DNA of 64,000 nucleotides from an uncultured Candidatus Saccharibacteria bacterium (GTDB lineage Bacteria; Patescibacteriota; Saccharimonadia; CAILAD01; BJGX01): NCBI GenBank assembly GCA_964481235.1, contig CAYZYH010000003.1, positions 12,341 to 76,340 of the forward strand, read 5' to 3'. Shown piece by piece: positions 10,059 to 19,838 of this stretch (position 1 is its first letter; each line of letters starts with the position of its first letter). The notes under the pieces were generated by a model. It saw only the letters and a program-made list of their open reading frames with translations, ran no database searches and was not told where the DNA came from. The position numbers and the translations under genes were made by a program.

Positions 10059-11431
10059 GTGATATCACTAACAACCCAGAGACAAGACAAATAGGTGGTA
10101 ATCAAGCTGAGACTAGCGTAATACCTCCTACTAAAGAAGAGCTCAAGACAACCGAAGACTTAAAACGAATTGCTAGTGAAACCAAACAAAAAAGCGAAAC
10201 TACAGAGACTAACCAGAGAGATAGCGCTAAGCTTAAGGCTATAGTAGAAAAGTTTGGAGACATGGGCTGGAAATCTACTCGAGGACCAAACGGTGAAGAC
10301 CTAGGTATACCCCAGACCTTAGCAGCTCCAGTACTTCGTGAAGATGGTAAAGTCGATACTGAAGGTTGGCGTACTGCAGTAGTATCCATTGATGGTAAAC
10401 ACGTTGTTCTTATGGAGGAGTTAGATGAGGATGGCAAAGTAAAGTCTTCACGACAAACTAGTCTTGAGAGTTGGGAGTTGGAGCAGATGGGTATTTCTGC
10501 CAAACAAAAAATCGAGGCAATGAATGGTTCTGTAAAGGATCAATATCGGGACGAACAAGAATTGTCCACAAACCCAGAAGAAGAAAATATGTCTAATGTG
10601 GAGTTGTCTGAAGTAGTTACGCAACCAGAATCACGTCGTTATAAACCAGGTGATAAATTTACGTTCTTAGTGCATGCACCACTAGACATTCGAGCTCGCA
10701 CCGAAGCATTGGGTTTAGAAGAATTTAACTTAACAGAGAGGCCACTCAACACTACGCTTATTGACCAAGAACATAGTTGGACGTTCGAGGGTATGTCTGG
10801 GCTTATAATTGAGCCACCTAGTAGTCAAGAAAAAGTGCTTGGTGCTTGGTCTTACGACTCTGGCTTGAACGATATGGTGAGAGAAGAAGCTCAGCCAGAC
10901 CCTAGTACTTTGCTTGAAGAGACTCAACCCGATAATTATAATCAGGTAAACATTACTAGCGGTAGAGTGATTGGAGTATATATACGTATTCGTGAAGACG
11001 GTAGCGATATTGGAGATCCCGCAAGATCGGCTCAACTTAGAGAGTTTGCCCAACAAAATGACTTACCAATTGCTGAGATAGTTGTACAGCCCCAAGAATT
11101 CACTGACAAGCCGCCAGAAATTGTAAAGCCCAATAAAGATCTGACTACGATTGAATTTACGGCCAATGGTAAGAAATTTAGAGTGGATGCGCTTGTGGCC
11201 AATCCTGCCAGGCCTTTGCCTGGGGATGAGCCATATGAAGGTTATTTTTTGAGGGCTAGATCTATAAATCAGTATGGTGAAGCTGGGGGAGATGTCAGCG
11301 ACCCAGAATCTTTTCAAATTATTATTGACCAACTACAGCCATTATTAGAAACAGATTTAGAGCCTAGCACAAGAATTGCCGTCGAAAAAATGTTACGTCG
11401 TTATAGTAGTGAGCTAAGCAAATTGAGATAA
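10055..11431 (+). CDS. hypothetical protein (458 aa), translationally coupled to the preceding ORF
   Basis: ATGA overlap; acidic/polar, no recognisable motif. Confidence 0.6.
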   Translation: MSDITNNPETRQIGGNQAETSVIPPTKEELKTTEDLKRIASETKQKSETTETNQRDSAKLKAIVEKFGDMGWKSTRGPNGEDLGIPQTLAAPVLREDGKVDTEGWRTAVVSIDGKHVVLMEELDEDGKVKSSRQTSLESWELEQMGISAKQKIEAMNGSVKDQYRDEQELSTNPEEENMSNVELSEVVTQPESRRYKPGDKFTFLVHAPLDIRARTEALGLEEFNLTERPLNTTLIDQEHSWTFEGMSGLIIEPPSSQEKVLGAWSYDSGLNDMVREEAQPDPSTLLEETQPDNYNQVNITSGRVIGVYIRIREDGSDIGDPARSAQLREFAQQNDLPIAEIVVQPQEFTDKPPEIVKPNKDLTTIEFTANGKKFRVDALVANPARPLPGDEPYEGYFLRARSINQYGEAGGDVSDPESFQIIIDQLQPLLETDLEPSTRIAVEKMLRRYSSELSKLR

Positions 11432-11502
11432 GTTACTACTTATATATTACTATCTAGTTCTTGAATAGTATTGACATTGGTGGTACAATTGAGCCTTAAA
11501 TT

Positions 11503-14322
11503 ATGGCTCAACACGACAAAATCATCATTAAGGGTGCGCGCGAGCACAATCTCAAAAACATCGATGTCGAGATCCCTAGGGACAAATTGGTGGTGATTAC
11601 AGGACTCTCTGGAAGCGGTAAGAGTTCATTGGCATTTGATACTATTTATGCCGAGGGACAACGCAGATATGTAGAATCACTGAGTGCATATGCTAGACAG
11701 TTTTTAGGTCTTATGGAGAAGCCCGATGTTGACCAAATAGATGGTCTTAGCCCAGCAATATCGATAGATCAAAAATCCTCTAGCCGCAACCCTCGTTCTA
11801 CCGTTGCTACAGTAACAGAAATATATGATTACTTACGTTTACTCTTTGCCCGTATTGGTGTGCCTCACGATCCAAATACTGGAGAGGTATTGACCAAGCA
11901 AACCCCTCAACAAATTGTTGATACTCTAAAAAAATATCCAAAAGATACCAAAATAATTATTTTAGCTCCAATAGTTAAGGATAAAAAAGGTGAGCACCGT
12001 CACCTATTAGAAGAAGCCCAAAAAGCAGGTTATAGTCGTGTAAGGCTGGATGGTAAAATTTACGAGATAGACGAAGTGCCAACACTAGATCGCCAAAAAA
12101 AGCACACTATCGAAATCGCTATAGACAGAATAAGTATTGATCAAGAAAATCCTCAACGTCTAGTAGAGTCGGTAGAAGCTGCATTACACCTGGGAGAAGG
12201 TGTTATTAATGTGCTAAATTTCGACACTAATGAGGAGCAGTTATTTTCAGAGCACTATACCACGGTAGATTCTGGTTTTGCCTTGCCAGAGATAGAACCT
12301 CGTTTATTTAGTTTTAATTCCCCGCATGGAGCTTGCCCTAACTGCATGGGTCTAGGTTCATTACTAATAGTAGACCACGATCTTATTGTTCCTAATAAGA
12401 AACTAAGTATTGCCGAAGGGGCTATTCGTCCCTGGAGTCGTACTACTCAACGAATGAGTTGGTATACTAAGCTGCTAGAAGCTGTCGCAAAGAGTCATGG
12501 ATTTGATTTAGTAACCCCAGTAGAAAAGCTAAGTCAGGAAAATTTAAGTGTTCTCTACTATGGCACCGGCAATGAAGAAATTGGCGTACCTGGTCCGGGC
12601 GGTAAAACTTATAAAACTAAGTTCGAGGGTGTTATTCCTAATTTAGAGCGTAGGTATCGCGAAACCGATAGTGATTTTGTAAAACGCGAAATTGAGAAGT
12701 ATATGACTACCCAAGTATGCGGTAGTTGCGATGGTAAACGTCTCAAACCAGAGGTACTAGCTATTACTGTTCATGATAGTTCTATTGCCGACGTTACCGA
12801 ACTTACTGTAGAGCAAGCCGTGGAATATTTTTCTAAGCTTAAACTCAATGAGCAGGAGAACATTATTGCCTCACAAATACTCAAAGAAATAAATGCTAGA
12901 TTGAAGTTTTTAAATAATGTTGGTCTTAGCTACCTATCGCTAAATAGAGCAGCCAATACTCTAGCTGGCGGGGAGGCACAACGCATTCGACTGGCCACTC
13001 AAATTGGCTCAAGTTTAATGGGAGTATTGTATATTCTCGACGAACCCTCAATTGGTTTACATCAACGCGACAACGATAGGTTGATAGAAACCCTCAACAC
13101 CCTAAGAGACCTAGGAAATACGGTTATTGTTGTTGAGCACGATGAAGACACTATAAGAGCAGCTGATTACGTAATAGACGTTGGGCCATTAGCTGGTGAA
13201 GCTGGTGGAAAGATTGTCGCAGTAGGCACACCATCTGCAATAGCAAAAGCCAAAGATTCACTGACTGGCCAATACTTAAGTGGTAAAAAAACAATAGCTG
13301 TACCTAAAAATCGCCGAAAGCCAGACGGAAGATACCTAGAGATAGTTGGTGCTAGCGAACACAATTTAGATAATGTAACAGTTAAAATTCCACTTGGAGT
13401 GATGACGGTAGTAAGTGGAGTTTCTGGTAGTGGTAAATCTAGTCTTATAAATGATATCCTAGCTCGCAAACTCAGCCAAGAATATCACCGCAGTCAAGAG
13501 CCTACAGGAAAGTTTAAAGAAATAAAGGGTGTTGAACATTTAGACAAGGTAATAGATATTGATCAAAGCCCAATTGGGCGAACACCTCGCAGTAACACCG
13601 CAACTTACACGGGTGCATTTAATGATATTCGTGATCTTTTTGCGATGGTGCCAGAAGCAAAGATTAGAGGTTATAGCGCTGGCCGATTTAGTTTTAATGT
13701 AAAGGGTGGGCGTTGCGAAACTTGTAGAGGTGATGGCATTATCAAGATTGAAATGCATTTTTTACCAGACGTGTATGTTACCTGTGAGGCTTGCCAAGGT
13801 AAACGCTACAATCGTGAGGCTCTAGAAATACTATACAAAGGCAAAAATATCTCCGACGTACTAAATATGACTGTAGAGCAAGCTGGTGAATTCTTTAGTA
13901 ATATCCCTTCAATATCTCGCAAACTAGAAACACTTATAAGCGTAGGATTGGGTTATATTAAACTAGGCCAACCCGCCACTACACTATCTGGTGGTGAAGC
14001 TCAGAGAATAAAACTGGCTTCAGAGCTTAGCCGCCGAGCTACTGGCAAAACACTTTATATATTAGATGAGCCAACTACTGGTCTTCACTTTGAAGATGTT
14101 CGAAAACTACTAGAAGTACTACAAGCCTTGGTTGTGATGGGTAACTCTGTTTTAGTAATTGAACATAATTTAGATGTAATAAAATCCGCTGACTGGGTAA
14201 TTGATCTTGGCCCCGAGGGTGGTATTGGAGGTGGAAAAATAGTTGGTGAGGGTACACCAGAGGTAGTTGCTAAAATTGATAAATCTTATACCGGACGATA
14301 TCTAAAAAAACTTCTTAAATAA
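11503..14322 (+). CDS. uvrA: excinuclease ABC subunit A
   Basis: 939 aa; two ABC ATPase modules ([26 protein letters not shown] twice), Zn-finger Cys clusters. Confidence 0.95.
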   Translation: MAQHDKIIIKGAREHNLKNIDVEIPRDKLVVITGLSGSGKSSLAFDTIYAEGQRRYVESLSAYARQFLGLMEKPDVDQIDGLSPAISIDQKSSSRNPRSTVATVTEIYDYLRLLFARIGVPHDPNTGEVLTKQTPQQIVDTLKKYPKDTKIIILAPIVKDKKGEHRHLLEEAQKAGYSRVRLDGKIYEIDEVPTLDRQKKHTIEIAIDRISIDQENPQRLVESVEAALHLGEGVINVLNFDTNEEQLFSEHYTTVDSGFALPEIEPRLFSFNSPHGACPNCMGLGSLLIVDHDLIVPNKKLSIAEGAIRPWSRTTQRMSWYTKLLEAVAKSHGFDLVTPVEKLSQENLSVLYYGTGNEEIGVPGPGGKTYKTKFEGVIPNLERRYRETDSDFVKREIEKYMTTQVCGSCDGKRLKPEVLAITVHDSSIADVTELTVEQAVEYFSKLKLNEQENIIASQILKEINARLKFLNNVGLSYLSLNRAANTLAGGEAQRIRLATQIGSSLMGVLYILDEPSIGLHQRDNDRLIETLNTLRDLGNTVIVVEHDEDTIRAADYVIDVGPLAGEAGGKIVAVGTPSAIAKAKDSLTGQYLSGKKTIAVPKNRRKPDGRYLEIVGASEHNLDNVTVKIPLGVMTVVSGVSGSGKSSLINDILARKLSQEYHRSQEPTGKFKEIKGVEHLDKVIDIDQSPIGRTPRSNTATYTGAFNDIRDLFAMVPEAKIRGYSAGRFSFNVKGGRCETCRGDGIIKIEMHFLPDVYVTCEACQGKRYNREALEILYKGKNISDVLNMTVEQAGEFFSNIPSISRKLETLISVGLGYIKLGQPATTLSGGEAQRIKLASELSRRATGKTLYILDEPTTGLHFEDVRKLLEVLQALVVMGNSVLVIEHNLDVIKSADWVIDLGPEGGIGGGKIVGEGTPEVVAKIDKSYTGRYLKKLLK

Positions 14323-14384
14323 TAGTTATTAACACACTAACATATGGCCATGCTTTTTTGTAGGAAGAAGTATAAAATAGTATC

Positions 14385-15803
14385 ATGAATACCCATATAA
14401 AGAATCAACTTACTAAACTACCAGACTCCCCGGGTGTTTATTTTTTTAACGATAAAAAAGGTAACATAATATACATTGGTAAAGCATCAATACTAAAAAG
14501 AAGAGTAAAATCTTACTTTCAAAAGAACCATAAAGATTACAAAACTCCTCTTCTAGTAAAGAATATTGCTAGTCTTAAGTGGATAGAGGCAAGCTCAGAA
14601 ATAGAAGCTTTATTTCTAGAGGCCGAGTATATAAAACGCTACAAACCACTATACAATGTTGAGCTCAAAGATGATAAGAATTTTATTTACATAAAAGTTA
14701 CATTGTCTGAAGATTTTCCAGCCATATCCTTAGTGCGTAGACCAAGTGACGACAAAGCTCGCTATTTTGGCCCTTTTGTAGCTGGCTTTCAAGTAAAGCA
14801 AGCTCTTAAGTACTTACGTAGAATATTCCCATACTATACACGTTCAGACAGAAATCACTCAAGCAAACTAGAGTATCAAATAGGTGTTCTGCCAGACCCA
14901 AATATCTCAAAAAAAGATTATCGTCTAAGAATACGTAGGCTACTTTTAATACTCGAGGGTAAAAGTTCTGTGCTAACCAAACAATTAGAAAGAGATATGA
15001 AGAGAGCGTCAAAAGCTAAGACCTACGAGTTAGCAGCCGAATTGAGAAACCAATATCTTGCCCTAAAAGGTCTTTCTACTAAGATTGTTTTCGGTAAAGA
15101 TGAGACTTTTAATATTGAACTCGACAAGGCTTTGGAAGAGATTACTAGACTTTTAAAACTAAATAAAATACCCAATAGAATAGAGTGTTATGATATATCT
15201 AATTTCTCCGGCGGTGATGCAGTAAGTAGTATGGTGGTCTTTACAAAAGGTATACCAGACCAAAAACAGTATCGTCATTTCAAAATGCACACACCGGGTC
15301 CTAACGACTTTGCCATGATGCAAGAAACTATACGTAGAAGGTTTTCTGAACGCAACAATAAATGGCCTAAGCCCGATCTAATAATTATAGATGGTGGAAA
15401 AGGCCAGCTAAGTTCTGTACTTAGTGTGTTGAATGAACTAAAACTAGACATTCCTACTGTAGGGCTAGCTAAAAGATATGAAACTATAATTATGTACAAT
15501 ACCGCATCGGCAAATAGCTTTTCTAACCTCAATTTTGAAAATAATTCTGTGGTTTTATATTTGGTTCAGCGCATACGTGACGAAGCACATAGATTTGCGG
15601 TGAGCTACCACAAACTTTTGCGTAAAAAACGCACCCAAGTGTCTGTACTTGATAATATTGCGGGAGTAGGACCAGTAAAGCGCCAAAAACTTTTGCGCAA
15701 ATTTGGTAGTGTAAGAGCAATAAGCAAACTCAGTTTAGACGAGCTGACTGAACTTGTAGACAAAAAAACTGCAATGGCTATTTTTGAACAACTACACGAA
15801 TAG
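14385..15803 (+). CDS. uvrC: excinuclease ABC subunit C (compact form)
   Basis: N-terminal GIY-YIG (GVYFF..IYIGKA), C-terminal HhH; 472 aa, shorter than the typical ~600 aa. Confidence 0.85.
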   Translation: MNTHIKNQLTKLPDSPGVYFFNDKKGNIIYIGKASILKRRVKSYFQKNHKDYKTPLLVKNIASLKWIEASSEIEALFLEAEYIKRYKPLYNVELKDDKNFIYIKVTLSEDFPAISLVRRPSDDKARYFGPFVAGFQVKQALKYLRRIFPYYTRSDRNHSSKLEYQIGVLPDPNISKKDYRLRIRRLLLILEGKSSVLTKQLERDMKRASKAKTYELAAELRNQYLALKGLSTKIVFGKDETFNIELDKALEEITRLLKLNKIPNRIECYDISNFSGGDAVSSMVVFTKGIPDQKQYRHFKMHTPGPNDFAMMQETIRRRFSERNNKWPKPDLIIIDGGKGQLSSVLSVLNELKLDIPTVGLAKRYETIIMYNTASANSFSNLNFENNSVVLYLVQRIRDEAHRFAVSYHKLLRKKRTQVSVLDNIAGVGPVKRQKLLRKFGSVRAISKLSLDELTELVDKKTAMAIFEQLHE

Positions 15804-15857
15804 TCTACAGATGTTACATATCTATTAATTGTTGATATTTTCTGCTAAAATAAGGCA

Positions 15858-16217
15858 GTGTTAAGGAGATTCTTACTAATTTGGTTAGCTAATGCCATCG
15901 GCCTGTTTGCAGCGGCTTTTTTGTTTGCGGGGGTTGATTATGGCAATAAGCTTGTGGTGTTAATTTTGGCTAGTTTTATATTTGGGTTGGTTAACTCACT
16001 TATTAGGCCCATCATAGTGATTATTAGCTTACCGGCAATTGTACTTACACTAGGTTTATTTACCTTGGTTGTTAATGCTCTTATGCTCTATCTAACTAGT
16101 CGCCTTTATCCAGCCTTTCAAATCCGTTCAATTTGGTCGGCTATAGGCGCAGTAATAATTGTATGGTTAGTAAACTATATCTTTGAAATATATATACTTA
16201 AGGAGAAAACAGCATGA
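15858..16217 (+). CDS. Phage_holin_4_2-family membrane protein (119 aa)
   Basis: Pattern LVNSLIRPI..LP..LTLGLFTLVVNALMLYL matches this widespread four-TM family; GTG start; overlaps secG start. Confidence 0.65.
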   Translation: MLRRFLLIWLANAIGLFAAAFLFAGVDYGNKLVVLILASFIFGLVNSLIRPIIVIISLPAIVLTLGLFTLVVNALMLYLTSRLYPAFQIRSIWSAIGAVIIVWLVNYIFEIYILKEKTA

Positions 16218-16432
16218 AAAACATTCTTTCAATAGTAACGGTCGTTTCGAGCATACTGCTAATGGTTGCTATTTTGTTACAAAATCAAGGTAGTGGTCTA
16301 GGCTCAGCATTTGGTGGTGAAAGCAACTTCTATCGTACAAAACGAGGTGCAGAACAGGCTCTGTTTGTTGCCACAATAGCGCTAGCTATAATATTTATCG
16401 GCTGTCTCATTGGGTTATTACTCGTTCCATAA
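16214..16432 (+). CDS. secG: preprotein translocase subunit SecG
   Basis: 72 aa; two TM helices flanking QNQGSGLGSAFGG, the SecG glycine-rich signature. Confidence 0.7.
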   Translation: MKNILSIVTVVSSILLMVAILLQNQGSGLGSAFGGESNFYRTKRGAEQALFVATIALAIIFIGCLIGLLLVP

Positions 16433-16441
16433 AATTAACCC

Positions 16442-18184
16442 ATGGCATCTTACCTGCGTTTTCAAATAAATAGAAAAACCCGGAGAATGCGTTCAGTGTT
16501 GCATACTTGGCGGGTTTGGCTTTTTAATTATCTAGATAGACATATATATGGTGGATGGCAAAAACTTGGCGCTTCACGTTGGTTATTTGTAGCCTGGTTG
16601 CTTATTGTATTTGTAAGTGTATGGGGTTTTTGGCAGCAGTACGACTCAATAAACTCTCATTTTTTAACCCAAGCTCCAAAGAGTGGAGGAGTATACAGCG
16701 AAGGTTTAGCCGGAACAGTGAAGGCTGTTAATCCATTATTTCCAGAAAGTTCTGCGTCTAGCGATGTTACCTCGGTAGTGTTTAGTGGTCTTACTAGAGT
16801 GGGTAGTAACAGACAAATAGAAGGTGACCTCGCCAGTAGCTGGGATATTAGCCCAGACAGGAAAAGTTATACTTTTCACTTGAGGCCAAACTTGAAATGG
16901 CAAGATGGTACTAAATTGAGCGCAGAAGACGTTGCCTTTACTATTAACAGAATACAAAACCCCGACACTCGTAGCCCACTAGCAAGTAACTGGACAGGAG
17001 TTAAGCTAGAAGTGGTTGATGCGAATACAGTAAGATTTAGTCTTCCGAGTAGCTACTCACCATTTTTATATAGTACTACCGTGGGTATTATCCCTAAGCA
17101 TTTACTAGAAAATATTCGTCCAAGCTTATTGCGTACCAATGAATTTAACCAAAAACCGATAGGAAGTGGGCCATACATTTTACAACAAATAGAAGATGAT
17201 CAAGACCAGCTAGTACTAAGGCCCTACAAAGACTATCATTTTGGCAAACCCTATATAGATAAGCTTAATTTCATTCAGTATGCTAGCGCCAGTGATTTTT
17301 TAAATGCCTACCAGAAAAAACAAATTAATGGGTTTACTACTACTAAGCCAGAAATAGAAAAACAAGCCTCAGAGATAGAAGATTTAAAAATTCACCACTT
17401 AAGCATGCCAGCTTACGCTGCTCTGTTTTTCAATACCAAATCTCCAGTAGTGGCGAGTGCAGGATCACGACAAGCACTTTCTTATGCTATTAATAAGCAG
17501 GCTATTGTTGATAAACAGCTTGATGGTCAGGCGGTGGTAGTGCACTATCCAATTTTGGCAGGATACTCCGGTTTTGACAGTACTGCTGCAAAGTACCAAT
17601 ACAACATAGACCAAGCCAAAAGCGCTTTGGCAGCTAGTTCTGGCACGCTAGGTAAAGATAGTCACATAAGAATTGTGACTCTTAAAGATTCAACTTACGA
17701 AAAAGTAGCCGAAGAAGTTAAGAAGATGTGGGCCGAAGTAGGGGTTTCTGCCGATGTAATTGCTGTGCCCCTAGATGATTTACAACAAAATTATATTAGA
17801 CCACGAAACTATGACGTATTATTGTACGGTCAAGATATAGGCTTTGACTCAGACATATATTCGTTCTGGCACTCTTCTCAGGCTAACGACCCCGGTCAAA
17901 ACCTAAGTCAGTATTCTAACGCAGAAGCCGATAAGCTTTTAGAGACTGGGCGTATTGCTAAAGATCCAGACTATAAAAACTCTAGGTATGCTACATTTTT
18001 ACAATCTTGGGCAAAAGATCTTCCAGCAATAATACTGTATAGTCCCTATTTTGATTACGCCCAGAATATACAAGTACAGGGTTTGGCAGCCAATAAACTC
18101 GTTGAGCCTAGCAATAGATTTTTAGATATTCAGAAATGGTATGTACAAACCAGACAAGCTACCAAAGCGAGTGTAGCAAAATAG
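16442..18184 (+). CDS. ABC transporter substrate-binding protein, family 5 (oligopeptide/nickel type), N-terminally membrane anchored
   Basis: 580 aa; N-terminal TM helix; length and architecture of SBP_bac_5. Confidence 0.65.
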   Translation: MASYLRFQINRKTRRMRSVLHTWRVWLFNYLDRHIYGGWQKLGASRWLFVAWLLIVFVSVWGFWQQYDSINSHFLTQAPKSGGVYSEGLAGTVKAVNPLFPESSASSDVTSVVFSGLTRVGSNRQIEGDLASSWDISPDRKSYTFHLRPNLKWQDGTKLSAEDVAFTINRIQNPDTRSPLASNWTGVKLEVVDANTVRFSLPSSYSPFLYSTTVGIIPKHLLENIRPSLLRTNEFNQKPIGSGPYILQQIEDDQDQLVLRPYKDYHFGKPYIDKLNFIQYASASDFLNAYQKKQINGFTTTKPEIEKQASEIEDLKIHHLSMPAYAALFFNTKSPVVASAGSRQALSYAINKQAIVDKQLDGQAVVVHYPILAGYSGFDSTAAKYQYNIDQAKSALAASSGTLGKDSHIRIVTLKDSTYEKVAEEVKKMWAEVGVSADVIAVPLDDLQQNYIRPRNYDVLLYGQDIGFDSDIYSFWHSSQANDPGQNLSQYSNAEADKLLETGRIAKDPDYKNSRYATFLQSWAKDLPAIILYSPYFDYAQNIQVQGLAANKLVEPSNRFLDIQKWYVQTRQATKASVAK

Positions 18185-18243
18185 TATCGGCTATAGAATA
18201 GGTAATGTACAATGTATTTATAGGTTAGTACTATCTTCTTCGA

Positions 18244-18330
18244 GCGGATGTGGTGGAATTGGTAGACACGCTAGCTTCAGGAGCTAGTGAGAGCAATCTT
18301 GTGGAGGTTCGAGTCCTCTCATCCGCACCA
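18244..18330 (+). tRNA. tRNA-Leu(CAG)
   Basis: Cloverleaf with long variable arm; anticodon loop cTTCAGGa; GGTTCGAGTCC T-arm; CCA encoded. Confidence 0.85.
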
Positions 18331-18446
18331 CCAATTTCGACCCAATGTGGTCGTTTTTATTATTGACAAAAATCACTATAGATACTAAAGTGAGGTAGGT
18401 TTTTGTATTATAAAAATTCTGTACCTTACCAACTAGGAGATATGAA

Positions 18447-18848
18447 ATGTCTCAACCAAGCACTACTCAAAGTGGTCGAGTAGGCCTACGCATGCTAGAG
18501 GGTATACGTAGAGGTGGTATTTATCCTCTAGATGATAAGATTGCCGAGTTAGTAAAGCACATGCAAGATAACGATTTGCTCTTAAGGACAATTGGCACTA
18601 ACGAAGAAGAGCTAGAACAAATTCGAATCGATTGGTATATAGACCGTGCCAGGTTCGAACTAGAAGTTTTACGGCGTGGTAGCAATAACTACTACTGGTG
18701 GCATCTATCAGAATTGTGGCGTTATGTACGTGTAGCCAACTTAAGCTTGAGTGATATTGGCAGCAGCGAATGGGAGCTTAGTAGATTAAAAAGAAAAAAC
18801 CGGCGATCTTTACGAAAGCAAAGTAGATTGCTAGAAAAAATCTCCTAA
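18447..18848 (+). CDS. hypothetical protein (133 aa), basic C-terminus
   Basis: AGGAG RBS 7 nt upstream; K/R-rich tail. Confidence 0.55.
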   Translation: MSQPSTTQSGRVGLRMLEGIRRGGIYPLDDKIAELVKHMQDNDLLLRTIGTNEEELEQIRIDWYIDRARFELEVLRRGSNNYYWWHLSELWRYVRVANLSLSDIGSSEWELSRLKRKNRRSLRKQSRLLEKIS

Positions 18849-18884
18849 TCTTGCCCCAAGTAATTTACTTGGGGTTTTTAATTT

Positions 18885-19754
18885 TTAGGTTTTAGGGGCA
18901 GGAGTTGTCGTGTAGAAGAAGTTGTATCCACCATCTCTATTTCTATCCCAGGTATAACTTGCACCTAGTAGACACCAGAATTGCTTGTAGCAATCTATTC
19001 CAGCTATTTGATTTTCAAAGGTTGTATCTTTGGCATGCTCTACGTTGTTACCAGTGCGTTCTAATACAGCACCTGCGGGTACACCACTTTGAGGTCTTAA
19101 ACAAAATGTATTACCAACCGGCACCGCAAACGAAAATCTTCCCTCACCATCGGTTGTAACTGTTCTATCAGCACTACAGGTGGCTATCACTACATTGGCA
19201 AGCGCTGCATTATTTAAAGTAACCCGCCCATTTATAATGACATTATAACTCTCTGAGTCTACTCCAAAAGGTTTGGCGGGAGGTGATGGTGCAGCAGTTG
19301 TAGCCGGCACTGTACTGCCAGCATTTAGCTGATCTTCTACGGTACCAGGAATTGTCGCGCCTTTTATCCAGCACGAGTAACTTGAGCTCCACGGTGCCGT
19401 GCCACTTTTGGCAAAAGATAGGTAAAATCTCTCATCTTGAACCTCTGGTGGAGCATCGGCTGGGTCGGCATAGCCCTTATAGTTCCCCCAAGTAGCAGGA
19501 CTGTATTGGTAAGCACCACGATAATTTGGATTTTTCTTATTTTGATAGAATGTACCCGACTCACACTGTGCAATACGCGGTCGCCAATAATCTGGATTAT
19601 CTCTAAAAACCGGCGCACTACCCGCAAAAGATTTATATATAACAAATACTCCAACTATCAAAAACAAACATATTAGCCCAAATGCAAGTAACTTGTTGTG
19701 GGGGATGGTGGTAAGTGATCTTCTAGAAAAGTGTTCTTTTTTGTTTTTTGCCAT
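18885..19754 (-). CDS. membrane-anchored secreted protein with Rpf/transglycosylase-like domain plus CarboxypepD_reg-like beta domain
   Basis: N-terminal TM; CESG..NPNYRGAYQYSPATW..PADAPPEVQDERFY..APW..C matches the transglycosylase-like (Rpf) domain; C-terminal GRVTLNN..TTDGEGRFSF beta-sandwich motif. Confidence 0.65.
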   Translation of the reverse strand: MAKNKKEHFSRRSLTTIPHNKLLAFGLICLFLIVGVFVIYKSFAGSAPVFRDNPDYWRPRIAQCESGTFYQNKKNPNYRGAYQYSPATWGNYKGYADPADAPPEVQDERFYLSFAKSGTAPWSSSYSCWIKGATIPGTVEDQLNAGSTVPATTAAPSPPAKPFGVDSESYNVIINGRVTLNNAALANVVIATCSADRTVTTDGEGRFSFAVPVGNTFCLRPQSGVPAGAVLERTGNNVEHAKDTTFENQIAGIDCYKQFWCLLGASYTWDRNRDGGYNFFYTTTPAPKT

Positions 19755-19838
19755 ACTTATCTCATACTATACTATTTATGTTTATTATAATCAAATGTTA
19801 CAATTTACATTTAGTATCAAAATTGTTATGCTAAAAGC

